Below are positions 25,092-37,594 of a stretch of 64,000 nucleotides of DNA, one piece after another. Source of the stretch: Camelus dromedarius (taxonomy: Eukaryota). The stretch is from assembly GCF_036321535.1 (NCBI RefSeq), contig NC_087436.1:44580001-44644000 (forward strand). Direction: 5' to 3'. The translations under genes and the position numbers were made by a program. The notes under the pieces are model-generated. The model was not told the origin of the DNA. It saw nothing but the letters and a program-made list of their open reading frames with translations, and did not search any database. The first letter of the stretch is position 1. Each line of letters opens with the position of its first letter.

Positions 25092-26165
25092 CAGCAGGGA
25101 AATGCAAGTGAAAACAACAATGAGTTACCACTAAACACATACTAGAATGGCCAACATGCAGAACACTGATGACACCAAATGCTGGTGAGGATGTGGAGCA
25201 ACAGGAACTCACATTTATTGCTGGTAGGAATGCAAAATGGTACAGCCACTTTGGAAGACAGATTGACAGTTTCTTAAAAACCTGAAAATGCTGTTACTAT
25301 ATGATCCAGTAATCACAATCCTTTTTTGCAGGGTGGGGGGGTATTAATTAGGGTTTTCATTTACTTACTTATTTTTAATGAAGGTACTGGGGGGTTGAAC
25401 ATGGGACCTGTGCCTGCTAAGTATGCACTCTGCCATTTAGCTATTCCCTCCCCTCCCTGCACTCCTTGTAAACCCAAAGGAGTTTAAAAGTTTAAAGTTT
25501 GTGTCCACACGAAGAACCTGTACGTGGATGTTTATAATAGCTTCATCCATAATTGTCAAACCTTGGAAGCAACCAAGATGTTCTTTAGAAGGTGGAATGA
25601 ATAAATAAACTGTGATTCATTAGGACAATGGAATATTATTCAGCACTAAAAAGAAATGAACTATAAGGCCATGAAAAAACATAGAAGAACCTTAAATGCA
25701 TATTAATAAATGAGAGAAGCCAATCTGAGGAAGCTACATACTGTATGATTTTAACTATATGACATTTCGGAAAAGACAAAACTATGGAGGCAATAAAAAG
25801 ATCAGTGTTTGCATTCTAGTAGCTGGTGGGCAGGGAGGGATGAGTAGGTAAAGCATAGTGAATTTGGGGGAAGTGAAACTACTCTATATATTATAATGAT
25901 GCATACATGTCATTATACATGTGTTCAGATTTTTCAAACCCATAGACTGTGCAATGCCAAGAGTGAACCCTAACATAAATTATGGACTTTGAGTCAATAT
26001 AGTTTCATCAACGTAGTAAATGTACCATTCTGGTGAGAGATATTGATAATGGAGGAAATTTTGTGTGTGTGGGGGCATGGAGTATATAGGAAATCTCTGT
26101 ACCTTCCTTTCAATTTTACCATGAACATAAAACTGCTCTACAAAAATAGTATTTTATGGAAAAAA
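25092..26165 (+). mobile_element. L1MC (L1MC1/2-like): end of ORF2 and 3'UTR
   Basis: agggaaatgcaagtgaaaacaacaatgag...tgctggtgaggatgtggagcaacaggaactc; 3' end gagtgaaccctaa...gaaatctctgtaccttcc...aaaactgctct. Confidence 0.9.
25322..25453 (-). mobile_element. tRNA-derived SINE, camelid vic-1-like
   Basis: Reverse complement reads ggggagggaatagctaaatggcagagtgcatacttagca...gttcaaccccccagtacc...aaaaataagtaagtaaa...ctaattaatacccccc; A box and B box (GTTCAACCC) visible; interrupts the L1MC. Confidence 0.85.
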
Positions 26166-26511
26166 AATTCTGATGATATTTTAATTTTCTTTTCTGCATA
26201 GATCATATTCTTTTGTCCTCATACCACCATTAGTTTTTCCCTTTATTTTTAATGTTCAGTGATTTTCTTAGAATATGTCTTGTTGTTGACCAACTATATT
26301 CTTTGGTAAAAGATATGCTTTTTCAATAGGAACCTCAAGTTTTTTTTTTTTAATTTTAGCACATTTTTCTTGAATTAAAGCTTTTAATGTAGTTTCTGTT
26401 TTCTTGCCTTTGTTGCTGTCTTAGGGACTCCAGTGATTTTTTATGTTGAATTTTCTTTGCCTGTCTTCAGTGAATATCAATATCCCTTTAATCACCTTCT
26501 ACTTCTTTCTT

Positions 26512-27253
26512 AGACATAATATTGGTTTATAACATGTAAGTTTCATGTGTACGGCATTATATTTCTAATTCTGTATACACTATAGCATGCTCATCGTCAA
26601 ATATTTTATTTACATCTGACATAGACTTGACCCCCTTTAGCTATTTCTTCACCTTGCCCATCTACCCTCTGGTACCCTCTGCTCTGTTCTTTGAATATGT
26701 ATGTTTGTTTTTGTTTGGTTTGGTTTGTTCATTTGTTTTGTTTGTTTGTTTTTGTATTCCACATAAGAGTGAAATCATATGTTATTTGTCTTTCTCCATC
26801 TGACTTAGTTCACTAAGCATAATACCTTTAAGTTCTACTTATGTTGTTGCAAATGGCAAGATTTTGTCTTTTTTATGGCTGAGTAGTATTCCACAATCTC
26901 ACATCTTCTTTATCCATTCATCTGTCAGTGGGCACTTGTTGTGTTTCCATGTCTTGGCTATTGTAAATAATGCTGCAGTGAACATAGGGGTGCATATATA
27001 TCTTTTCAACTTAGCATCTTTGTATTCTTTGGATAAATACCTACAAGTGGAATAGGATCATAAAGTAGTTCTGTTCTTAAGTTTTTGAGGAATTGCCATA
27101 CTGTTTTCCATAGTGACTGCACCAATTTACACTCCCACCAACAATGCACAAAAATTCCCTTTTCTCCACATCCTCTCGAACATGTTTTTCTTGACTTTTT
27201 GATAATAGCCATTCTCAAGGATGTGAGGTATTATTTCATTGTGATTTTGATTT
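26512..27253 (-). mobile_element. L1 (L1MA-like) ORF2 C-terminus and 3'UTR: non-inverted part of a 5'-inverted insertion
   Basis: ORF 27006-27218(-) RMAIIKK...[35 protein letters not shown] is the L1 ORF2 Cys-rich C-terminus. Confidence 0.92.
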
Positions 27254-27612
27254 AACAGCATGATATTGGAATAAAAACATACACATAGACCAATGGAACA
27301 GAACTGAAAGCCCAGAAATAAAGCTACACATTTATGGACAGTAAATGTATGACAAAGGAGCAAAGAATATGCAATGGAGAAATGATAGTCTCTTCAATAA
27401 ATGGTGCTGGGAATACTGGAAAACTACATGCAAAAAAAATGAAACTATACCACCACCTCACACCAGACACAAAAATCAGCTCAAAATTGAGTAAAGACTT
27501 CAATCTGACACCTGAGACCATAAAACTTCTAGAAGAAACCATATGCAGTATGCTCTTTGACATTGGTCTTAGCAATATCTTTCTGGCTCTGTCCTCAGGC
27601 AAGAAAAACAAA

Positions 27613-27643
<31 letters not shown>

Positions 27644-27935
27644 CAAAACCAAAAAAACCCCAAATGGGACTATATTAAACTAAAAAGTTTCTGCGCAGCA
27701 AGAGTAACCATCAACAAAACAAAAAGACAACCTCCTGAATTGGAGAAGATATTTGCAAAGCATATATCCAATAAGGGGTTAATATTATGAAATACATAAA
27801 GAACTCCTCCAACTTAACAACAAAAAACAATCCAAGTTAAAAAAAAATAGGCAGAGGAGCTAAATAGACATTTTTTCTGAATAAAACATACAAATAGCCA
27901 ACAGGCACATGAAAAGATGTTCAAAATCACTTCAT
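27254..27935 (+). mobile_element. L1 ORF2 segment: inverted 5' part of the same insertion
   Basis: Encodes [55 protein letters not shown]; frameshifted, with an internal expanded poly(A). Confidence 0.92.
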
Positions 27936-28156
27936 TCTTTTTTTAAGAAACTTTAAAATTATTCTTTTCAACTGTAAATTTCTCATGAAGCATTATTTAT
28001 TTTTTCAAAATGTTTCTGTGTTTCTTCTTATTTTTCATTCCTTAAGAGACTTCTTATTTATATCTAAATCTATTTGCATTTTATCATCTCATTGCTGAGT
28101 TTTTTTAATGCTGATCTATAGCATACTTTCATCTCTTTTATTATTTTCTTAAGATC

Positions 28157-28682
28157 TGTGTTGCACTAAAGATGGCTACAAGTTCTTTGACACTCATCAG
28201 GTTTATGCTAGGAGTGATGGTAAGGTTTACTTTCCCTCCCTTTACTCTAGGCTGGTCTGTGACTGCTTTGACCAATAGAGCATGCCTATTAGTGACACCT
28301 TACCAGATCTGGATGCAGTTTTCATAAAGACTGGGGGCTTTCTTCCTGCCCTCTTTGAGCCTCAAACCACTGTGTAAGAAGTCATGTTGCCCTGAAGCCT
28401 GTGAAAAATTCAAGTCACACAGGCAGGATCTTAAGAATGAGATTCCTTTAGGAAAGAGCACCAAAGAACATCAAGGTGCCTGCTGCCTGTGTGCTTGGAT
28501 ACACTGGCTTGGGACTGCATCCTCCTGCCCCGCTGCTCTAGCTGGTGCCGCACGGATTAGAGACAAACTGTCCTGACAGGCTCTTCCTAAATTTCTGACC
28601 CATGAAATCATGGGCAGAGTGAAATGATTGTTTTGAGCTGCTACATTTTGGGATAGTTTGTAACCTGTGAATAGATAGCCAG
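28157..28682 (+). mobile_element. MaLR LTR (MLT1G/H-like)
   Basis: aaagatggctacaagttctttgacact...gtgactgctttgaccaatagag...ttgttttgagctgctacattttgggatagtttgt...aatagata. Confidence 0.8.
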
Positions 28683-30294
28683 TTTCCTTCAGCTCCTTTT
28701 GAAATAGTACATTACAATTTTGACCTTTTTAAAAAACATCTTTCAGCTTCATTTTCATTGACTATAGGAATGGTTACTTTGTGCCTTATTCTCCTTCTTG
28801 TTTGTTTTTAAATCGTATCTTTGTATGAGATTTGGCCTCATTAATTTAGTTTTCCTAATAGGTTCCCAAGGCATTTCCAACTCTACAACTCTACAGAGCT
28901 CCCTCTTCTGCCATTTCATGCTGCTGTATTAAAATATTAAAATATTTGGCAGCTTTTTTTTTTTGATATATCCTAAATCTGTTCTCTTGCCTCACTTTTT
29001 CCTGGATTCACTTTTTCCTGTGTCTTTGCTGTTCTTTTCTGCCCAATTTTGATTCCACTTGGCACTTTCTCTTAAATGCAATGCCCCCTCCTCTAAAGGA
29101 GTCCTGGGGCGTGATGGGAGGTCAGTTTTAAAAGCTCATCGGGGCAAACTGCTACAGCTCCTTCTGACTGGACCTCTTGCACTTATTAGAATTAAAGAGA
29201 GGAAACCACACTCGGTTTCAGTTTTACTGGCCCACTATGCTTTCCATTTATTTCTAGTTATTAACTGTTTGTTGGGTATTTGGGTTTCTCCTGTTCCAGG
29301 TCTGCCAGACACTCTCTTGATTTCTCTCTGCTTTCTCCTTCGCAGACACTGCTAACAACACAGATCTTGGAACTATTGACAATTCATTCTTTCACACTTC
29401 TACTTTGTTTTGTGAGAGATACTTTGTCACCTAGTTTTTTTTTTTTTTTTTGTATATATTGTCCACGTGTTGTTGGTATTGCTTTCTAGTTAATCTTTCT
29501 GTTTTCACACTGGAGTCAGGAAGATCCAAAGCTATGTGGTCAGTTGCCACCTCCACCATCTTCCCATAATCCTCACATCGTGCACTAAATTCTTAAATTA
29601 TGTGCTGTTTTTTTATAAGTGTTTAAAAAAACAATCTGCATTGCTTATAAAAGAGATCCCATTGTTCTGAAAGTTTATTCCCCACACATAGACATATAAT
29701 TCTTCTGTGTTTAAGTTTGACCCAAAAGTAATATACAAATATAATAAACAGCAGTTAAGCATCTAATTAACTATAATTTTATTTGTCTTAGAATTTGGAA
29801 GAGTTTTTGTAAGAAAGATTAGGATGAAGTCTTGTAAAATAAATTGTATAAGAAGTTGTGTGCTATTGCTGCCTTTTCTTTTACCTCAGGAAAAGATCCA
29901 TTTACATGGAGCCTCAACTCAGTGCTGCAGTGGCTGATAGCACAAGTTTGTAGTGAGGAAGATGGAATTGAATTCTGCAAACAAAAGCACATTTATTAAG
30001 GAGAGGTGATTGAATATTTTTCTTTTAATTAGCAAGCATTTATCGACCAATTACTATGTGCAATTCTTTATCCCCAACATAATGAAAGTAAAAAGGATAA
30101 GACAAAATCATCCAGTGTGCCACAAACTGGCCAATGAAATTTACACGTATGTAATTACCAATAATATAACAAAGGGTGGCTATCTGAAACCTTGTTCGAT
30201 GTTTATAAAAACATCTACCTCAAATACAGGGTAGCTACATGAGTTTCATAATGCATAGGAAGAGCATTAAAATGACCAATTTGGTTGATCCTAA

Positions 30295-30420
30295 ATGTAG
30301 TTAATAAATGTATGCACTTGGACAAAGCATTAATGCATCTAGATACTCTGCACCTCAGTGTTTTCATTTGTAAACTACAAGTTCCAACAGTTTTGAAGAA
30401 ATAGCCTTTAATACTTCTAC
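30295..30420 (+). mobile_element. MIR fragment
   Basis: ctctgcacctcagtgttttcatttgtaaa core. Confidence 0.6.
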
Positions 30421-31699
30421 GACTTCTTGTTAAATACTTAAAACGTATGTATCCCCCGTCTAATCTTAAGCTACTGATTTCCTGTGTGCAGTAATTTACA
30501 GAAAGTACACAATGCAGTCTGGTCCTTTCATAGGTTTTTCCTGTATTTGCATATGCTTAGAAGAACACATTTTCTACTTGGTTAATCAGTGGACTTTCTA
30601 ACTTTCTAGCAGTTTCACAGTTAACAAAAGTCCATTTGTATCACAGTCACCATCTTGGAAAACTAATGCTTTGTTCGAATTTACAAATTCCTTTTGTAAT
30701 CCTTCCTCTTGATTTTTATTCCATTAATTATTGAGTCATTTGACTTTACTTAGTTACCTTATTAACCAAGTACACTATATCCAAAGGACCTAGAATTCTT
30801 TACATACTAACGATATCTTCTGTCATGAGTGCTTCAATCTGTGACCTGACCAGTGATCTGGGAAGCATAGGGATAAAAAAGAGAGCATCCTTGATTAAAT
30901 CAATCATTTAATCAACAAGTATTAAGAGCTGTGAGAGAGATTAAAAAAAAAAAAAGAAGATAATTATCTCTGCTATCAAAGAGCTTACAGTCTTGTTAGA
31001 AATGTAATACATGCAAGAGGCAATTAGAGAATAAGACAGTATATAATGAAGTGTTTAATCGGGGTGTGGGTGTGACCTCAGCTTCTTTTGCTGTAAACTA
31101 AAGGGTTAGATGAGATGGGCTTTAAGATCACTTTCAGGAATATGATCTTGAAAATTGGAATAAGAGGACATCAATGAAGGTAAAACCTTAAAGAAATAAC
31201 TTGTCTCTTTGCCAACTGTTTCTTTTCTCTGACCCACTCCCATTTCACTCTCAGCATTTTCTCTTTATAAGGTCCTCACTAAAAAGTATAATTTAATTGG
31301 TCACACCTCATGATTGTAAATATAAACTTTTTTGGCAAACAAATACACCATCAACTAAAATAGAATAATAAGCAACTAAAAAATACCAATGTCTAAAAAT
31401 CTTTAATGTAATTACTTTTGATGAAAATAGACATACATGTTTTCAGTGAAAGCATGAGTTCTAAAACACTAAAACACAGTGCCTGGTTGGATTTGAATCT
31501 CAGTTAGAAGAGAGGCGGGTGATTCTTGTTGTGCAGATGAAGCAGTTACTAAAATTACCATCTGAGACAGCCTTGAAAACAGTGCTCATTGAGGGTGTGA
31601 CATCACATACCACATGACTGCTTCAATCAACCATCGTGGAAAGAGCGGGAAATACAAAGACTGATTTAGGGGAGCTGCTTCTAAATATTCTGGTGAGTT

Positions 31700-34680
31700 A
31701 AACGAAGAAGTTAGCATGCAGGAATTTACATTCTCAGATTGAGGTGACACCAGAAGACCATGATCATCCATGGATGTCCTATGAGGTTCATCGCTTTATT
31801 GTATCTAGTTGGAATTGCCTAAATAGATTGTCCAGTCTGACTCTGAGTTGCTAAGTTACAGTATAGGTTATATTCCAAACCTCTCCAAGATTCTTGTAAA
31901 TTTTACAGCATTTATTGGGAAAGAGTGAGACCCCCCAAACTGGAAGAGAGAGATTATCAGGATTCTAAAAACCCTCAGTATCTAACACTGTAACACCTAC
32001 TAAAGACTGGCCATGCTTTGTTTGAATACCTTATAAGTACCCCACCTCATAACAAAGGCCTCCAATCCCAGTCATTCACCTGATTGTGACTGAAACTGTG
32101 TTAAAAAGTGGTAAGGGCCGGGACGGGGAGAAACAGAGAGTCAGCTCTCAGAGTCCTCCTTCTACTCCTAGATTATCAGTTTCTTTAGCTCCTAGCCCAG
32201 GTCTGCACGTTCTGTGAGGTCACTGTCATTCCCTCTGCTAAGCAGGGGATTGTGACAAGTTCAGTCAAGTGTTACCTCCAAGTCCACAGCTGCTCCCGAA
32301 GTTCTGTCTTCAGTGAAGCACATCAGCCCAATCCCCAGCACCAGGCATGGAACAACTTATCTGACAAGAAGCAGCAGAGGATTCCAGAGCACTTTGCTTT
32401 CGTCTCTCAGTGGCAGTAGTATGATTCTATTGCATTCCCCTAGTATGTCAGTTTTCTGGTTCTTTGTTGTAATTTATTCTGCAGGGACCCTGTTTGTCTC
32501 ACCATTGTTAGGGTATTATGCAGGTCCATCCTTTAGAGGTTGAGGAGCTGATAGGAGCTGGTAGGCAGGAAATAACCGTGATCTGTGTTTCTACATAAGA
32601 CACATGTGCATGCAAGGGGATGAGAGATGCATGCTCTGAAAATCCAGTGAAGCTTGTGGAGATCCAATAGTGTGCAGTCTCCTTGAAGGAAATCTCCTTG
32701 AATGTAAAAGAACACTTGCCAGACTTTGCATCAACTGGCCCCGAGAAAAAGGCATAATGCCTGTTGGGCTTCTTTACATTGAGAGGCAATTTAAACCCTA
32801 CTTGTGGGTGTTTTCATACCCCATTTACTGAGTATTCCTTAAGGCTGCCAGCTTTGAGCAGGTCCCAGAGAAAGAAAAGACTCTTCAGCTCAGCCAGGCA
32901 AAAGTGGAAGCAGCTTTCTCTCTTGGGTCTATGGCCCAGCATGTCCAGTGGTGCGAGAAGATCAGAGAAATTTGTGAAGCCTCCGGCAAGGCTGGAGAGC
33001 AGAATCACAGCCTGAGCGCATTAGATTTTGGAGCAAGGCTTTTTGTGGTTATAATTGTTCTGCTGGCATGTTACTGGAATATATCGAACACTCGGAGACA
33101 CCACGGGATCCCGTGTCCTCGGCTGTTCTTGTAGCAGAGCCATGGGATTAGAAGCACCCAGCAGCAGCGCATTGTCAGCGTGATGGAGTTTGCACAAGAC
33201 CGACCTTAAGCACTTTTTAAAGTCACATCTAAGTTGCTAGGGCAGGTGTCTTAGACTCACGTGGTACCTCTTTGGCTGCATCGCCATCCTTCCCTGCCCT
33301 GCTACCTGTGGCCTCATGAGAATTCCCACAGAAGCCGCCTGCCAGTTTACAGGTCGCTGAGGATGATACACTCTCCCCACCCAGAAGTGGATGGTTCCTG
33401 CGTTACAGCTGTATGTAAGAGTGGGCTCTAAGGGCAGATCTTCCTAGCAGACAGAACCTTTAGCAACAGTTTTCTAGGAGACGTGGCCAGGGACTCTTCA
33501 GTGGCTAACGTTTTGGTCAGGTGATCAAAAGATGAGTGACAAGAAAAATTTAAGAATTTTCTTTAAGACTTCTGCTGCTTCTCATGGGCCAGGGGAGAGG
33601 CCGTCTCCATTCTGGGGAGCCTCTGGGGTCCTGGCTAGTACCCGAGGAATATGACATAGCGACCTAGGCAGGCAGGGTCTTCAGGAAGGACAGTCTGTGT
33701 TACTCATCCCTGTAAGGACCACGACCAGCGGGGTGCCATGGCTGAGAGCAGCGGGAACATGGACTGGGCATTAGAGGAAAGGATTTACCAGATTCCGTCT
33801 CTGAATTCATTGTCATTACAGAAATGAGGACTGTTGTCAGTACCTGTAGTGTATACATTTATACAGAAAACACACACACACACAAAGCTCCCTGCAATAC
33901 CAGTATTTCAGATGCAATGAGATTGGCCATGGACTCTCCTCTTCCACCCAGTCCCTGCGTTCAGATGGAGCGGAACTATAGTTCTTTTCTTCTGTGAGTG
34001 TGAAGGAGTGAGATCCGCAGGGCAGAGAGGTGAGGCCAAGTCAACAAGCAGCAAGCAGCTCCATCTCAGGAAGCTTGGGGTGGAGGGCTTGTCCCTCCAT
34101 CTCCCATGTCCTCTGGCCCAACATCCTGTGTCAGGATGACTGGAATCACTGCCAAAGTCCTAAAAGTCATAGTCAGAGACATGACACAAATTCTTCCCGT
34201 TGATACTTAAGGCAGAGTAGACATGGACTCCCAGGTGGTTCCTAACCACAGTGGGGCCAGAATAGATTTGGTCTGTGCAGGTGAACCCCTCTCTAACTTT
34301 CAATACAGGTTCACTCCAGCCTGTTCATTAATTTCATTTGACCCCCACATTTTCTGTGTCTGAATTTTTGAATCCCACTTATTCCTTGTCTTTCCACACC
34401 CTCTTTTATTCAGTGTCTGACTATGATTGTTAAGTTTATTATTTAATGTCTAGATGGTAAGATAATAAGGCAGGACTCTAACTCAGTTAGAAGAAATAGA
34501 CTTATCAGAGATAAGCACAGTAATGGACAGAACTTTGTGTCCACCCTTTGAGAGGGGATGGGACATTTTCAGTTCTATTTGTTGTACTTGTGTGATAGTG
34601 GGAAAATATTATTCTCCTTGTTACTAAGCTTCTATTTGATAAGAAGTGATATATGGATGTTAGGAGCCAAAGGGATGGAC
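31700..34680 (+). mobile_element. ERVL (class III ERV) internal region, decayed gag/pol
   Basis: EHFAF..WQ*Y...YVSFLVLCCNLFCRD (~32388-32490) resembles the ERVL RT QFAFTWQGQQY...YINSPALCHNLVRRD; PIY*VFLKAASFEQVPEKEKTLQ at ~32820-32890; LLACYW at 33060-33077; purine tract before the LTR. Confidence 0.8.
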
Positions 34681-35432
34681 TGGTCACCTCTTTTGTCATG
34701 CTGTTCTTTCTATATTGACGAGGTTAAAAAGCGGAAAGCCCTATTTCCCAGGCTCCCTTTATGGTCGGTCCTGGATGTGGATCCTCCAATCCAATGCAAG
34801 GACTTGAGATTGAAAACCAAAGTGAGGCAGAGGCCATGCTTCAGGAAGACCAATTGCATCTGCTGACAAACAGTATTGAGAAGGCATTTGGTTTCTCTTT
34901 TCAGCATTAGCCGTGCACTGGTGTCTCACCAAGTTGGTTGGTATTGAGAGCCAGGCTCCAGGAATCCACTGGCTGAAGTACATCGTACCGGGCGTGGCAT
35001 TGTTCTGGAGCGGGTGGAGATAGCAGTTCACTCATTCAGTTCATTCAACAGATGCTTACTGAAAACCTGTCATGTTCCAGACTCTCTTCTAAGTCCCTGG
35101 CATATCAGTGAACAGAGCACCCCATGATCGCTGCTCTTTTAAGCTTACCTGCCAACAGTTTCTTGGTTTTGTGGCTTATGCACTGTTTCCTTAACAGGGA
35201 CAGTGACAGTGTGTCCTTGGCCAGGGAGTTCCTGACTATAAGGAAAAAATAGCAGTTCCTTTGTGTGCGGCTCTGTATATGACTCTGGAAGTCATTTCAG
35301 GAAACTCAGTTGAAAGTCTTTTTTCAGTCTTCCCAGAGATTTATGTGTTAAATAACATCCTATATTAAATTCCTTCTTGTTTAAGCTATTTAGAGAGAAT
35401 CATGTTCTCAGGAAGGGATGCTCACCAATAAT
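34681..35432 (+). mobile_element. ERVL 3' LTR (LTR33-like), interrupted by an L2 fragment at ~35030-35150
   Basis: Starts with TG after gagccaaagggatggac; ctatttcccaggctccctt...tcctggatgtg...ccaatc; 3' end attaaattccttcttgtttaagcta. Confidence 0.7.
35030..35150 (-). mobile_element. L2 3' end
   Basis: tcattcaacagatgcttactgaaaacctgtcatgttccagactct...cagtgaacaga. Confidence 0.8.
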
Positions 35433-37594
35433 GACTATCTTGGAGCGCTCTTTCAGTCCCCCTTTGGCCATGTTGAAAGTCCCACACATTCTTTAATGTC
35501 TACCCAGCTAAACTCTCACCTCTGACTCTCTGACGCTTGTCTGTCCCCCACGCAATTAATCGCTGTTTCCTCTAAGCTGCCCTACCATCATAGCAGTTTG
35601 TAAATGCTTCTTGTATAGGGCTTAGAACTGGGTTGCCTCCCTTGCTCTCCTCCTGTTGCCCATTCAACGCACAAGACAGGGACTGGGTCTTGTTGACTTC
35701 TGTGACTTTGACTGCTGACAGTGTCGGGTAAATTAGTTAGCCATGTTTCATTTGCTCGTATATTAATACATGAATCACAAATATTCTTCTTACAAAAATG
35801 TTTTTAACTGCATTTATATACCCTTCTTTTCCAAATAGATTTATTTGTACCACTTTAAACATTATATAGTAAATTATTCTTGGATTTTATGTTTAGGAAT
35901 AACATCAGAAATTAGGTAGTCCAAACTCCTTTACAGCTCAGGAATTTCAGGCCAGAACAGTTTGGTTTCTTGTTCCATGTTTAGTGTTCTTTTGTCTTGT
36001 TCTACAGTTCCTGATAACAGATTAGCTTGACCTTGACCTGGTTTGTAATTGTCTTTGTAGCTCCTCAGAGCTCCCCATGCTTTGCAAGTGAGAGGGTGAT
36101 TGGCCAGTGAAGAGCTCAGTCCCTCAAAAGTGTATTTATAGGACTTGAGTTGCAGAGATGGGGTGTTCTTCATTTAGAGCAAGTGCCTTTGTCAACCAAT
36201 AAGTTCATGGACACTAGAAAAACTGTCAAATATTTGATTCTGATTCCATAAATTATATATCACTCTCCTCTGCATTATAGCTTTCCTCCATGAGGTGCAA
36301 AATGATTCTAAATATGAATGCATGTGCTATTGTTTATAAAATTGGAGTACAAACTAGTTTGGTCAAAAACAGTATGTTAAAGAACACTTTGTACAGATTT
36401 TCCTTTCAGCACTGAACCTATTTTATTGTAAGCATGTCCTTCCATTTCTCTCCCAAGAGATTGGTCTCCCTGAGAACAAGCCTCGTGTCTTCATGGAAGT
36501 AGATTTAATTCCTAACAAAGTGTTTGGCATAGCCTGTATGTTTTATGTTTTTTCAGGAAAGTTCTTGGACAGAAATAGGCTATCTAGGCTATCTGTGAGA
36601 CAACCAAACTATTAAATTTGCCAAATTAAATGAAGTGAAACCAATTTATTCCATCCCCTTAGACTAAGAGTTTATTTTTTGTAGAAATTGATAGGTGCTT
36701 CCGACTAGTTTATAAATTGGCCATTTAACTTTAACCAGTTTCTGGAGGCCTTTACAGTATTTCAAGGAAGAGGAGCATTTTGTTTTCTCTGTATTAGTTC
36801 TTTGCAAAGGCTGCTCAGTTCTCATCCCCAAATTGCTCCACACGGCGTGGAGTGTCTGGAGTACAGGCGTGGCAGCACTTTGAAATGACCCCAATTAGCA
36901 AACTTGACAACTGCTTCCACAAATACAATCAAAAGTGGAAAAGGTTCATTTTTAAGTGGTACTTCTGAGAAGGGTGAACTCATGATGGAAAACATACTCA
37001 CATAATCACTTACAAATGAATCATCTTGAAAATGAGTCCTACACAAGTTAGATATAAAACACTGTGGTCATCACAGAGCACACGTGTGAACGCTAATGAG
37101 TGTAATGTGAGGCCCTTCATGTTGACTGTCGTGGTGGACAAGCAGGTGCTGTATGAAGACCACGGACTAAGAAAGACAGTTGTTCAGGAAGAGTTTCAAG
37201 TGAAGCTGAGTGACAACGATTCCTGCATGCTTTAGAACAGGAAGAGCAAGCCGGAAGGACTTTTTCTTGATCTAAATTCAAAGACATTGCAGACTTAAGT
37301 GCCATAATAAAAACAGGAATCAAATTTAGGACTTGGATGCTTAGCTCACTCAATCTTTTTGTCGTATTTCTCAGATGAGTTGAAGAGTAGATGATAGGTC
37401 ATTTGGGGATGAATTTTTATACATCTCAGGGAATATAACGTCTCAGACTAGCAAAAGTAAAAAGACAGTAAGAATTTTTTTTTCCTACAAGAAGCTCACC
37501 TGGATTACAAATACACATTGACCATAAATTAGAGCCCCCAGACCCAAGCCTTTAACACTCTTAGTGAAGAGTTAGGTCCTGTGAGCAATTAATG

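Larger units (their letters stand above)
24100..29560 (-). mobile_element. Very old L1-clade host element (HAL1/L1M-like), fragmented by later insertions
   Basis: tttggccagtgagagtctcttcagc 3' region; reverse ORF1-like segment at ~24900-25070; T-rich antisense-L1 sequence resumes at ~26170, ~27940 and ~28690. Confidence 0.55.

Noticed and set aside
25375..25453. tRNA gene
   Set aside because: The tRNA-like head is degenerate and continues into a SINE body and tail
27006..27790. ORFs with real protein-like sequence (27006-27218, 27334-27678, 27557-27790)
   Set aside because: They are frameshifted L1 ORF2 fragments, not host genes; the poly-K run is an expanded poly(A)
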